NCBI RefSeq assembly: GCF_006345805.1
Contig: NC_042997.1
Location: 130,882,001 to 130,946,000 of the forward strand
Reading direction: 5' to 3'
Length of the DNA stretch: 64,000 nt
DNA from: Octopus sinensis
Taxonomy: Eukaryota
A program made the translations under genes and the position numbers. The notes beneath the pieces are model-generated. The model saw only the letters and a list, made by a program, of their open reading frames with translations. It had not been told where the DNA came from and did not search any database. Shown here piece after piece: positions 23,190 through 37,110 of the stretch. Numbering within the stretch: the stretch's first letter is position 1; each line of letters opens with the position of its first letter.

Positions 23190-24314
23190 ATATATATTTG
23201 ATATGACCACCTCTGTTTCGAATCACAGTCTAGGTGCGAATGCTTCACATACGGCACGTAGCTGTTCTTGCAGAATCGAAGCCTATTCCTTCGCAGTTTT
23301 GCCTTCAGAGTGTCGAGCGAAGCATGACGAGTATTCAAGACCCTCGGCTCCAAAATGGACCAAACAGAAAAATCCTGCGGGTTGAGATCGGGGCTTCTTG
23401 AGGGTCATACATCCTTGCCTATGAACGACGGAATGTTTTTCTGAATCCAGTATTCTATCTGCTTGGAACAGTGGGATGGTTCCGAGTCCTGTTGGAGGCT
23501 CCAATGTGCGCATGGAAAGTGCTCATTCGCCCATGGAAGCAGTTCAGCTTCAAAATGTCGCTTTTAACACCTGAGGGCACAAAAACAAAGGGAGACCTTC
23601 CAGTGGCTGTCACAGCCATCCAAACCATAACTGACTGTGGATTTTGACGTCGATTTACGAGTCTACCCTCGACGGAGGTAGATACACCCCAAAGCCGGTC
23701 ATTCTGGTGGCTTACTGTCTGTTCGATGTTTAATTTCTTTTCATCAGTGAACACTAAGTTGGGCAACGTGCCTTCAGCAATCTGATGCAGGATAAGGCGA
23801 CTTCTTTCCAGTCTCATAGCCTTATAAACTTGCATGAGGTCATGACAGCAGATCGTTTTGTTGGGGTGGGTCCTGAGATCCTACTTCAGCACCCGCTACA
23901 TCGATGGTTGGCTTATTTTTGCTGTGACAACCAGTTTTCTGACGGTACAACGAAGAGTTCGCCGTATCTTTTCTATGGTACTTTTGGTAAGCTGAGGGGT
24001 CTGCACACTTCTTTTTCGGTCATGTCCAGATCTATCAGCGGTGGAACCAATCTCTTGAAATTTCTTGACCATTTTCCAAACTGTTGTTTGGTTAATTTTA
24101 AGCTTTTTTGCTGTAGCTGTATTACTTTCACTTCCTTTGTGGAGGGTTATGATTGTATTTTGGTCTATAGCCATTATCTAATTTATAAATCTAAATTTAT
24201 TTAGTCTGAAACAAAAAGAAGACACACTAATGATATATAATTTTCATATCTCATCAGATTAATTGATTGTTATTAAAGTTCAAAACTTCGCTTGCCTTAA
24301 TTTCGGGACATCCT
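23190..24314 (-). mobile_element. Decayed maT/DD37D-like Tc1-superfamily transposon
   Basis: HTH region, VFTDEK, QNDRLW, SVMVW, SPDLNPQDFSVWSILE and a GGHI terminus, with stops and frameshifts. Confidence 0.85.
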
Positions 24315-25851
24315 ATATGTGTGCGTGTGTGAGCACACGCATGTGTGTGCATTTATTTATTTAGTGTTTCATGATAATTTATTTTGTTTGTGTTAAGCAG
24401 AAAAAATGAAAATACAAAAAAAAAAAAAGCATGACTGAAAATTTGCACAAATAAATAAAATAGTTTTAACAAAACAACCAAGTTTGATAGATTGTGAGAA
24501 AATATTTCTTCACTGAGATATGTTTATTTCAAAAGAAACAAGTCAATTGAGGAACTATTTTTGTTTTTTTTTCCATCTTTCCTTCCACATGCAAATCCAT
24601 GCACACATACTCACTCACACACACACTCACAATAATGGACGTCATTTGGAATTTAACAAAGATTGTTTTACATAGTCCTTTGCAACATCAGGCGTTTGCA
24701 GCAATGCCAGGCAATGATCTGAGAAATTTCTCCAGTCTGAGTGTTTCAGTGAGATCTCTTTACAGTAGCTCTTGTAGAGCACTCCAGACTAAAATGTGCA
24801 TTTAAGATATTAATAATATGTTTGACTTATATTCTTGTCACAGATATTCTATAAAGTTTTATATATACATCAGAAATACAAACAGGAAATATGACAATCT
24901 TAAAACAAAAAACAAACAAAAAATTACCTTCGAAACCATATCAGCATTTTACATATATTTAACCCATTTTATTCATGTGGGCATAATGAAAGTAAATTTT
25001 CTAAACAAACAATTGCTCACACAGATGATCATGTGTGGGCAACAGACATTGTGTGTGTGTGTGTGTGTGTGTACACACACATGCACATTCATTCATAATG
25101 TACCAAAAGAAGAGTTCAATACTGGAAAGGTGTACCAATTCTTTAATGGAATTTAAATTAGTAATCCATTACCTATGCTTTCATATTGATGAATTAATTA
25201 TTTTTCATCTAACAACATGATTGATACCCCGTCATAGTGCTTCTTTGTGGCATGTCACACATTTCTAATTGAAAAATTAACTACAGCATCTGCATGAAAC
25301 CATTGGCACTTGATCATTAATTCAAATTCATTCCATTAACACACACATACATTTGTACGTAACTATGAACCAGACCCAGTTCTTAAAATAAGAACTAGTA
25401 ATTAACTTTTAGCTATGTGCCGAAGAGAGGTGTGATTTGGGGGGTGTTTTGAAGTATGAGTGACACCAAGTTAAAATGTTATGATGTTAATTACACCTCA
25501 AAACTGGTACTTTGTTTAGCAGCGGAAATTAACAAAGGTTTGTTTGTAGCATAAAATTTTCTTCTTTTAATGTGAAGTTCATAAGATTTATATAATTCAT
25601 TTACAGTGATGGGAGTAACGGAACATATGTGTGTGTGCATATGTAATAACATTCCAGTATAAATGTGTGTTTGTATATATGTTCCTACCTACATCGTCTT
25701 CTACTTTATCTCTGCCTCTATCATGCCAAATTTCCAAACACCAAAATATTCTAACAGGTCAACATAACTGAAATTGCATTTGTGGTTGTTTTATGTATTG
25801 TGCCTATCCATTTTCTTCTCCCCCACCTTGTTGCCACAATAATCTTTCTAT

Positions 25852-26027
25852 TATAGGCACAAGGCCTGAAGTTTTGTAGGAGGGGACTAGTCAATTATAT
25901 CGACTCCAGAATTTCACTGGTACTTAATTTATTAACCCAAAAAGGATGAACAGCAAAATCGACCTCAGAGGAATTCGAACTCAGCATTTTGTCAAGCATG
26001 CTAACGATTCTGCTAGCTCGCTGCCTT
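25852..26027 (-). mobile_element. Family B SINE, diverged
   Basis: Core similarity to the other family B copies. Confidence 0.65.
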
Positions 26028-26258
26028 CTTGTTGCCACAATAACAATATTTGTTTTTGTGGTAGCTTAACGGATCTAACAAGGCACCATCCTGTTCAACT
26101 TTCTGACACTTTTCCTTTGTCAACTCACTCCCTGAGTTTCTCACCCCAACAAACCACTCTACTTGCTTCTATTTGAGGTTTAGTCTTAATTTCCTCATAT
26201 TCAGGTAATGAATTGATGAGACTAAATACTATAATCTTCACAGCAAATAAACTTGTAT

Positions 26259-26293
<35 letters not shown>

Positions 26294-28189
26294 CTGTAGA
26301 GGCGCCATTGTAATGTATGAATAAAAAATATATGCATATATGTATGAATGTATATAAGGACATGTGTGTGTGTGTGTAAGAATATTGCTTCCATGCATCT
26401 TCCTTATAACTGGTTGAGCATAAATAATGTAAAATTTTTCCAAGGAACAAAAGTCCGGTAGTTTCAGCAGCTTTGTCAGTTTTGATGTGTGAAGAAGAGT
26501 GGAATGAAAATGCCTTACTTAAAGAAAGAGCTAATGAGCTGGTGTCAGAAAAGATGATCAGGCTAAGGAAAATCTGTCATAACATCTTTTGTCTAAACTA
26601 TGCCAGCATGGAAATAATGACATAATAAAAATTATATATATACATATATAAAGATAGATAGATAGATAGATAAGCAGGCAGTACACTCCGTAAAGTGATT
26701 GGCATTAGGACGGGCATCATGCTATAGAAACCATGCCAATGCAGACAGCAGAGCTTGGTGCAGTCTTCTGACTTGTCAGTTCCTGTTAAACCATCTAACC
26801 CATGCTAGCATGGAAGAAGATTAAATGATGACGATGAGTGTTAACAGGTAATACGCCTCTCTTAGAACTGTGACTATTACTTCACATTATAATTCAAAGG
26901 TTAAGTTTTTGCCATCCAAGAGAAAAAGATTGCTGTTAATATCTGAACAAAAGAGACAGTGAAGACCTTAGAAGCTCTAGATGCACTTAAAATGTTAATT
27001 ATATTACACATCTGTTAAAAACATTACACATGATCAGCAGCTGCCCCAAAATGTCAAGATTATTCCCTTCTTATGTGGCATGATAATGTTGCTTAAATAG
27101 TACATAATGCCAACTGCAGGAAGGATTGCACCAGGACAAATATAAAAAAAAATATTTCTGATTTTGAATTCACATATACATTCCAATATCTGAAGAATAA
27201 ATATTGATGGCTTCCACTAAATTCAAATAAAATAGATTTGATATAGTTAATTAGGACAGAAAACAAAAATTAATGATCTGATGTTGAAATCAGATGTTCA
27301 GCAGATAATTCGAAATTAGTGAGATGAAGATCAAATATAGTCAGTTCCCCCAAAACCTACCTCTACTCTGCCCAGATTTTGAATCTACATTTACATCCAT
27401 AATCATTGGGATTATTTAAATAATAATCTGGAAATGATGAAGTTTTCATACAAAGAAACTAACTCAAAATCTAAAAACTGAATCTATAAGCAGAAGAGTG
27501 AAAAATATTCAAGACTTTCTGAAATCCAAAATGATGGAGACTTGTTGTAAGAAATCAATTCCTTCTTTACAGGAAGAATTGAAAGAATTAAAAACGGAAG
27601 ACACAAGTCTAACCTCTATTTTAAATAATCCTGAATTGGGCTGGCAAAAGGGGTTGTGTCCATGGACTTCACAAGGCCTCCAAACAGACATAAATACATA
27701 ATACATATACACATACATGCATATACAAACACACACACATGTTCAAGGAGGCCAAGAAAGACATGAGGTGAAATGGTGAAGAATCTTAAGAGACTGCATC
27801 TCACAAAGGACCATGACTTGGAGCAAAGCACTAGAGAGAACTCATCCGACCCATGCAGGCATGGAAAAACAAATAAAATTGATGGCAGTGATGGAAATTG
27901 AGACTCTCCTGACCATAATACTGCTCTATCCTTTTCTTTGATACTTTCCAATCTATCCCCTTCCTCCTCCTCTTCTATTAATGTGTACCCCTGTTATTTT
28001 TCTATCTCCCATTACACAGCTACTGTGTAGAGAGGTGGCACCTGGTTCAATAAACCCATCTGCATTCAATCTCTTTACCCTTTTATGACTGGCTTTCAGT
28101 CTCCCTTTCCTATCTATCAATCACTCTCAGTTATATTATTCTCTCCCCTCTTACTCAAAGTTGACATTCTTCACACTCTTACCTATTTC

Positions 28190-28402
28190 TTTACTACCCA
28201 CAAGGGGCTAAAGAAGGACAGACACACGGATTAAGTAGATTACATCGACCCCAGTGCGTAACTGGTACTTATTTAATCGACCCCGAAAGGATGAAAGGCA
28301 AAGTCGACCTCGGCGGAATTTGAACTCAGAACATAGTGGCAGACGAAATACTGCTAAGCGTTTCGCCCGGCGTGCTAACGTTTCTGCCAGATCGCCGCCT
28401 TC
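28190..28402 (-). mobile_element. Family B SINE, near full length
   Basis: Matches 61612-61815. Confidence 0.82.
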
Positions 28403-29807
28403 ACACTCTTACCACCACCCATCTTCATTGTTATCCATCTCCCTCTCTCTCACATCACTTCCTCCTCTATCTCACATTGTTAACATCATCACATTCTCTC
28501 CCTCCCAATTCCAGTACCTGCTCTTCTATCACCATGTCTTCTTCCTACCACGCTTTATGCCACACATGTTGCTTCTTTCCATTCAAGCATCATGTGGTTG
28601 TGTATCACTACTTTCTTTTACTTTCTCTTCTATAATTCTCTCATCTCCCATCACTCTGGTTCTTTTCCATTCCTTTGCTACTCTCTCCTCTGCCACTCTA
28701 TCACTCTCATTCTCTTTTATCACTCTCTTCTGTCTGCCAAGAATGAGACAAACTCCGTGGTTCAGGAGAATGAACAAATAGAGACAATGTAGAGTGGAAA
28801 GAACTCTTTAGTGTGACAAGGAACAAGACAACCTTTAGAGTTGGTGCCACAATAAAATACACCCAGTAAATTCTGTAAAGAAGTTGGTGAACAGAAGATG
28901 ATAAAATAGGAGAGACAAACACTTTAATCAAGGACGTGATTACCTCTCCAGTGTTGGTGGCATGATAAAATGCTCCCAGTATACTCTGTAAAGTGGTTGG
29001 TGAAGAGAAAGACAACTGACCATATAAAATATGTCAAAATGGAACATACCAGTCAGAAACGGTTCATGACCAATCTAGGGTGGTCACAAACCATTTGTCT
29101 GAATAAAGACCCAGTCCTGGATGATCCATCCAACCTATACTAGTATGGAAAAACAGATGTAAAAAGGTAATATCATGTGGACTATGGGTGCCTTCAATAG
29201 AGTCAATTTTGCTACACATACTCCTGTCAGGCCCCACGTCAGAGGAAAAACTTCCTCCCTTCCACACACTATTCTTGAAGACCCAGAAAAAAGACCATGA
29301 ACACTGTCCTTTGTTTTAACCAGATTATAACAGAAAATACACATGTACACACACACACACATACATTAACATATCTGCATACATACACATATATTAGAGT
29401 CATTTTTCTCTACACTACAGATGTGTTTCTATCTTCAAATATTATCAAGCAAATACTGAAATCAAACATTTTTTTTAAAATATGAAATGGGTGGATGAGA
29501 ACTGAGTAAAATTTAGTGGAGCTAGTTACACAAAGACATTTTGTATAGAAATCTAGTAAGACAAAATTTTGTATAGAAGTCTAATAAGATGAATAAAAAC
29601 TAGCATCTCCGCCTTGAATTTCTGAGAGTTACCACTCACCCATCTTGTAAAACAAATTATTTAAATTTTAGTATTTGCTTAATCACAATCCTCAAACTGA
29701 AACATGCCTGCAGTTTGCAAAATACCATAAATAATATTTCTTTGGTAGTTACTTTGATAGTGCCTCTCTAGATTATGAACTAGAACACCCATTTATATAA
29801 ATATATG

Positions 29808-29824
29808 TGTGTGTATATATATAT

Positions 29825-29919
<95 letters not shown>

Positions 29920-29940
29920 ATATATATATATATATATGTA

Positions 29941-30032
<92 letters not shown>

Positions 30033-30070
30033 GTATATATATATATATATATGTATAATATATATATATG

Positions 30071-30126
<56 letters not shown>

Positions 30127-30174
30127 GGTATATATATATATATATAATATATATATATATATATGTATATATAT

Positions 30175-30223
<49 letters not shown>

Positions 30224-30527
30224 GTATATATATATGTATATATAATATATATATATATATATATAATATATATGTATATATATATATATATAGTATATAT
30301 ATATATATATGTATATATATATGTATATATATATTATATATATATAGTATATATAGATATATATATATATATATAATATTATATATATATATGTAATATA
30401 TATATATGTATATATATATGTATATATATATGTATATATATATATGTATATATATATATAGTATATATATGTAATATATATATATATGTATATATATATG
30501 TATATATATATATGTATATATTATATG

Positions 30528-30575
<48 letters not shown>

Positions 30576-30579
30576 ATAT

Positions 30580-30611
<32 letters not shown>

Positions 30612-30685
30612 ATATATATATGTATATATTATATATATGTATATATATATATATATAATATGTATATATATATATATATATATGT

Positions 30686-30725
<40 letters not shown>

Positions 30726-30744
30726 ATATATATATATAGATATA

Positions 30745-30803
<59 letters not shown>

Positions 30804-30805
30804 TG
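29808..30805. repeat. About 1-kb interrupted (TA)n tract
   Basis: Direct reading; it is the source of the spurious YI-repeat ORFs. Confidence 0.95.
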
Positions 30806-31548
30806 CATAGACAGCTGGATACATATATACATGTTGCATGCACACATACAAAAGCAATTTTCGTGGGTCAGAAAACAACAGGCACTCATATATTAGGTAA
30901 TAAAGTAAATATATTATTCATCTGAAATTATAAATTTAATCTTATAACCAATTCATGTTACCAAAAGGTTTCATGTTGAAGAACATTCCGAGTGTGGAAA
31001 GATAAATCAACAATCATCAGACATGCTTAAATAGAAATGTATAGAGTAGGTTCTTTGTTATGGAAGGCCTGAAATCACATTTGGTTTATAGGTCTCAAAG
31101 ATGTTAAATCAGTCACATGACATGGGGCGGTTTCGTCCGATGAATGTCGATTTGCCTTTCCACACTTGGAAGATTCTTCAACATGAAAACATTTGGTATT
31201 TTTAATTGACTGTTAAGAGGATAAATTTATATTGTATAACACACACACATACATAAATACACATGTGCAAACATTCATACCTTCAAAGAGACATACATAC
31301 ACATGTGGTCACAGGGTTTACATTAAATCGTAATTTCCTTTGTTGTTTTGTAATTTGTACTTGGGAAAAATAAATTTGAACTGGAAATGTTGCAAAGGAC
31401 TAGAAAAAAGAATTCTACACAAATCACTTTTGTTTTCACTAAAGAGATTTCCTTGGAAAAATGTAGAAAAAGAGAGAGAGAAACCTCATTTTTTTCTTTC
31501 TTTTTTTTTTGTCTGCTGCAAAATTTAGGATACAGGTATAGTTAGATG

Positions 31549-31791
31549 CTAGGCTGTAAACACCATAGAATTGACTTTTGTAGAATTTAGACAAACTGAA
31601 CATGGTATTGACACATAAGTACTATCAGATAGTGAAGTACTGCCAAAACTGGCTTCCTTAGATTGAGATAATGAGTGTCTTTTTTCACAGAAACAACTTG
31701 AGTTGTCAGCAGATTGTGATAAAACAGTTTTACGTAGTTCTCTCCTTGCTTTTCTAATCACAAACATCATTAGGCATGTCATAAGGAGCAG
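31549..31791 (-). CDS. TMEM64: TMEM64 last coding exon
   Basis: TTTTCAG acceptor, phase 0, 243 nt ending in TAG. LLLMTCLMMFVIRKARRELRK parallels TMEM64 [20 protein letters not shown] and joins in frame with the 36193-36032 exon. Confidence 0.86.
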   Translation of the reverse strand: MLLMTCLMMFVIRKARRELRKTVLSQSADNSSCFCEKRHSLSQSKEASFGSTSLSDSTYVSIPCSVCLNSTKVNSMVFTA

Positions 31792-32764
31792 CTGAAAAGG
31801 AAACGAGACATTATGATTAAATATCAAACCATCGCAACTTTTTTCTTTATGTTTATACAAACAAGAAAAAAAACAACATTTTAATAAGAAAATTTAGACT
31901 GCAAATTCAAGTAATGTTCATCCTTATCCCTTTAGCATTTAAACTGGTCATGTCCAGCCCAAATATTCCAACATATAAATATTAAGCAATTCCAGCCTCC
32001 ACTCCTATATGATTCATCTTGCTGACTATCTCACACAATCTCACTCAGTTGATTTTCCACCCTTACTCCCTATATTACTCCTTCCTTTCAATTCCTTTGT
32101 CATTTACTTACCCTCAACCCAGGAGACAACATCTCTCTCTCTCTCTCTCTCTGTCACCTTTACTCTCAAACTGATCAGATCCAATCTATTACACCTACCC
32201 TATGATTTCATACAAAAGATAAACAATCACATCATTGAAATCTCGCAGCTTTATGGTAATGTGAGCTAAAACTATTTCTGTGTAAATTCAACTGTAAATA
32301 CTGTGAGATTTTCAACAATATCTAGTTTTTAGTTCTTTTCGGTATTTGAAATAGAAATTAATTATTTTGTAATTAGTGACATGGCTTCAGCAAGTAGTGG
32401 TTCTTCCTGGGAAGGATTTGCACTTGAGGACTTGCAAAATGGAGAAGAATTACAAAGGAAATAACAGCGACTTGTCTTTAGATGGACCAGATATAGATAT
32501 TTCTGAATTTTTCATTTGATGAGGAAGAGTATTTTGATAGCAAAAGTGATGAAAATCTTCGGGTTGCCATTCAAACTATCACAATGACATGGTCAAATAA
32601 TACAACACCAATACATGTTTGTGGCTGTATTGAAAACATGTAATTGTAAATCACTGGCATTTAAACACTGACTGTTAAAATTTCAGGTTGGTATGTAAAA
32701 AATTAACTAAGTTACAAACAAATATTTTTGATACAGTTCTATATTTAAGAGATGAGGAATTATG

Positions 32765-32940
32765 TACATTATTTACATTCGACAGATATTTGTCCTCATC
32801 TTGTTTGTTGTTAACACTTTGCTCACGGACGAGAGCATGTCCTGCCCTTTCCACTACTCTTTTAGCTTAATGTGAATCGACTGGTGTCATTACATGACAA
32901 ACAAGATGAGGACAAATATCCATCAAATGTAAATAATGTA
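32765..32940. repeat. Inverted repeat of the PLE-type tail also seen at 19.9 kb
   Basis: About 44-bp arms of acaaacaagatgaggacaaatatc...aatgtaaataatgta with a spacer of about 88 bp. Confidence 0.8.
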
Positions 32941-33618
32941 AATATTTTTGATATTCCTCTTGAGCATGATTAATTCAAAACAATGTGAGTAAATAAACAT
33001 TGCATTTTACAGAGCAGTCTAAATGCTAAATGGTTAAACCAATAAAATGGAGTTATCTTAGCTTTCAGGTAACCTGTATCATGGAGAATGGCAATCAAAT
33101 GTCTTGAAAGAAAACCCACACATCTTATGTCTATCAGTTCTAGGACCATGCAGTTCGTATTTCCATGACCATGCAATGTTTAGCCTTGTGGGTTATAAGG
33201 AGATATGCAAACAGCCTGTTACACTTATATACATGCATTTTAATGCAAGGAAACTAATTTAGCGTAGCAATGAAGATGATTAGGTTTAAACTTTAAGTTA
33301 ATGAGAGTACATAATGTAGCATCTACACATTCACAATTTTGATACCTCTTTCTACGGTCTGGACGAGTCGTGTAACATCTCATTCAGATGTCTTGTAAAC
33401 ATTCTGTTATATAGGAGTGTGTGTGTGTGGGGGGGGGGGTTAAGGTAAGTGTATCTTTTTTTATTGCATGAATAAAGGGAGAGGTTGTGTCCATAACTTT
33501 TGCAGACCCTCCAAGACTGATAAGATTAATGAAATTGGTGTTAATTTGGAACATCGCTAGGTTGCAGTTGTTATTTAGGCTGAAGTCAACTACAATCTAG
33601 TACACCTATGATCTAGGC

Positions 33619-33827
33619 CAGTGGTTCCCAGCCTGTAGTCTGTGGAGCCCTGGTGGTCCGCAAAGGTAGTACTGCGGGGGGGGGGGGGGGGGGCTCCATG
33701 AACTAAATTCAAATTTTCATATATATATATATATACATACACAAGGATAATTATGTTAAAATGGGTTTGTGGAAAAACTAATTTAAATAAAAAGAGTTCT
33801 TGGTAGTGAAAAGGTTGGGGACCACTT
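33619..33827. mobile_element. hAT (Charlie-like) MITE
   Basis: TIRs CAGTGGTTCCCAGCCT and AGGTTGGGGACCACT. Decayed 8-bp TSD atctaggc/aactaagc. Confidence 0.7.
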
Positions 33828-35262
33828 AACTAAGCATTCCAGCTATGACCATCCCAACTTCTAATGGGATATTTGACTACTATTTTCACCAGGTTGAATG
33901 AGTGTTGAAAGGCTTTCTCGTTGGTTGATACACCTATAGGTCAGAACCTTAGGGTAAGATGTAGCGAGGGAGAACCCAGAGAGTAACAATTTTGGGAAGA
34001 AAGAATTTAGAAGTTGCTTAAAGCAGAGCCTAGGAAGTGATGCACAACAGGAGAGACGAAAGAAGAGACAGGTGGAAGAGGAGGATATGCAACTAACTAG
34101 TTCAGAGGACCAGTGCCTGTTGTAGCAAATATAAAGCAATCAGAGAAAGGAAGATATGTATCTTTGAACTAGAGGCACATTGATGAGTTATACATCTTTT
34201 AGCATAACTTTGGTGAAAAAGATAACCGAACTTAATATGCACACACACACTACCCAAGTGAATGTGTTTCTTTATGTCTCTTTTACTCTTTTACTTGTTT
34301 CAGTCATTTGACTGTGACCATGCTGGAGCACCGCCTTTAGTCAAGCAAATCGACCCCAGGACTTATTCTTTGTAAGCCTAGTACTTATTCTATCGGTCTC
34401 TTTTGCCAAACCGCTAAGTTATGGGGACGTAAACACACCAGCATTGGTTGTCAAGCAATGTTGGGAGGACAAACATATACACACACATAAATATATATAT
34501 ATATATATATACATACACAAGGATAATTATGTTAAAATGGGTTTGTGGAAAAACTAATTTAAATAAAAAGAGTTCTTGGTAGTGAAAAGGTTGGGGACCA
34601 CTTAACTAAGCATTCCAGCTATGACCATCCCAACTTCTAATGGGATATTTGACTACTATTTTCACCAGGTTGAATGAGTGTTGAAAGGCTTTCTCGTTGG
34701 TTGATACACCTATAGGTCAGAACCTTAGGGTAAGATGTAGCGAGGGAGAACCCAGAGAGTAACAATTTTGGGAAGAAAGAATTTAGAAGTTGCTTAAAGC
34801 AGAGCCTAGGAAGTGATGCACAACAGGAGAGACGAAAGAAGAGACAGGTGGAAGAGGAGGATATGCAACTAACTAGTTCAGAGGACCAGTGCCTGTTGTA
34901 GCAAATATAAAGCAATCAGAGAAAGGAAGATATGTATCTTTGAACTAGAGGCACATTGATGAGTTATACATCTTTTAGCATAACTTTGGTGAAAAAGATA
35001 ACCGAACTTAATATGCACACACACACTACCCAAGTGAATGTGTTTCTTTATGTCTCTTTTACTCTTTTACTTGTTTCAGTCATTTGACTGTGACCATGCT
35101 GGAGCACCGCCTTTAGTCAAGCAAATCGACCCCAGGACTTATTCTTTGTAAGCCTAGTACTTATTCTATCGGTCTCTTTTGCCAAACCGCTAAGTTATGG
35201 GGACGTAAACACACCAGCATTGGTTGTCAAGCAATGTTGGGAGGACAAACATATACACACAC

Positions 35263-35292
<30 letters not shown>
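33719..35292 (+). repeat. 776-bp direct tandem duplication bounded by (TA)n
   Basis: Identical ORFs at 33861 and 34637 (offset 776). I saw no differences in the segments compared. Confidence 0.95.
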
Positions 35293-35293
<1 letters not shown>

Positions 35294-35460
35294 CACGACC
35301 GGCTTCTTTCAGTCTCTGTCTAACAAACTCACTCACAAGGCTTTGGTCGGCCCAAGACTATAGTAGAAGACACTTGCCCACGGTGGCACGCAGTGGGACT
35401 GAACCTGGACCCATGCGGTTTGTAAGTAAGCTAATTACCACACAGCCACTCCTATGCCTG
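35054..35460 (-). mobile_element. Family A SINE; its tail half is duplicated at 34278-34490
   Basis: Matches the other copies. Confidence 0.85.
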
Positions 35461-36031
35461 TCTATATGCGTTCTATAAAGTGCTTCCACTTAACATTACA
35501 GTAGCAATATTCTGATTTCCGAACATACATCATAATATATTAAGAAATTCTAGCATCCTACCTCATGCTTCATCTTGCTAACCCTCTCACACTAACCCTC
35601 TCTGTTGACCTTCCACCCTCACTCTCTACATCATTCCTTCAATTTGCTTCCTTCATCATTTACTTACCATATTTGATGGCATAAAAGACACACGCCAATT
35701 TCAACAGCACATATTCAGGAAGAAAAGATTTTAGTGCTTTAAAGCAAGTAATATGCCATAAAAAATCAGTACCTTCAACCGGAAAGGTAACATCCTTCTC
35801 GTTCTACTCTCAGATGAAGGGAAAGGAGAAGAAATGTTACATTCTTCACTCCTCCCACTAATTAAACTTACCAAAACTCTTACGAACCAATGATACCAGT
35901 ATAAACCATCACCAGTGCCATAAAATTCTAGACCTTGCCAAACACACACATATCAAGCTCAGTGGAAAGAATTATAATAGAATGAATGTAATATACAACT
36001 GACTTTTTAAAGTGACTGAAAAGACACTTAC

Positions 36032-36193
36032 CTGTCCAATAAAAACTAAATACCCTGTTACATGTGAAGAACTGTTATTCCAAACTTCCTCCATAGATCG
36101 GAATGTTGACCCAACATAGCAGTTCACAAGTGCTAAAGGCATCATTCCTATTACAGAAGCAATAGAGTAGACTGGCATTGAAACATGTGTAAG
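36032..36193 (-). CDS. TMEM64: TMEM64 (VTT/SNARE-associated domain membrane protein), penultimate coding exon
   Basis: 162 nt, phase 0/0, with a pyrimidine tract plus CAG acceptor (36194-36196) and a GTAAGT donor (36031-36026). It encodes LTHVSMPVYSIASVIGMMPLALVNCYVGSTFRSMEEVWNNSSSHVTGYLVFIGQ, which I recognise as matching vertebrate TMEM64 [37 protein letters not shown]...SGYFVFCLQ. Confidence 0.88.
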
Positions 36194-36317
36194 CTGTTGA
36201 AGAGAAAGAAAGAGAGAAATAAAGACATGCTTACTGAATAATAATATTTTAAATAAAAACTCAAAGAATTGCAATGTTTTCTACCAAATATAACAATGTC
36301 CAGCTGATTCATCTTAA

Positions 36318-36529
36318 CCCTTTCGTTACTGTATTTATTTTGAGATGCTCTGTGTTTCTTCCAATTATTTTAAATATAACAAAGAATTTAGTAAAATAAC
36401 TTGGTTATCAATTAAGCTAGTGTTAGGGACATAAATTGCGACTAAAGTTTGGTGGAGGATTTTAATTCAGAACTTTTGAAAACCAGACATTTGTACTAAA
36501 GAGCCATAGCCAGGTTGATAACGAAAGGG
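36318..36529. mobile_element. piggyBac-like MITE
   Basis: TTAA|CCCTTTCGTTA...TAACGAAAGGG|TTAA. A related end occurs at about 18217-18232. Confidence 0.8.
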
Positions 36530-36747
36530 TTAAAAGAGGGGGGGAGGGGGAGAGAGTGTGTGTGTGTGTGTATGAGAGAGAGAGAGAGAGAGAGGGAGAG
36601 TGACTATTAGCTGGGAGTTTTACAATGGTAGTTTTTTTGAGGAATGAATAAATAGAAATGACAGAAGAGAGAAAATAACAACAGTGAGGACATGTTTAAC
36701 ATATGTCAAACATTGAAAGAATTATGTTGGTATGCTATAGGTACAGA

Positions 36748-37110
36748 TATGGCTTAGTGGTTAAGAAACTTGATTCCCAACCATATGGTCTTGGGTTCAG
36801 TTACAGTGAGTGGCACCTTGGGCAAGTGTCTGCTATCATATCCTGAAAGAAACCTGTTGTATATGTATGCATATGTGTGTGTTTCTGTATAACCTTGTCA
36901 AGACATCACGTGATGGATGTAGATGAGCATCACTGCCATACAAGTAAAGCTGTTCATTAGCAGACTTCCATTAAAAACACATCTGACTATGAGAAATATT
37001 ACCCTGCTGGGAAACAGGTGAGGGTTGCCAACAGGGAAGGTGTCCAACCATAGAAAATCTGCTTCAACAAACTCTGTCTGACCCATGCAAGCATGGAAAA
37101 GTGGACACTA
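36748..37110 (+). mobile_element. tRNA-derived SINE variant
   Basis: tggcttagtggttaag...gggttcagtt head, and a (GAT)n tail. Confidence 0.7.

Noticed and set aside
29793-30896. 361-aa and other YI-repeat ORFs; also the MYVC, HTYI, poly-H/N/L and CV-repeat ORFs elsewhere
   Set aside because: These are translations of microsatellites.
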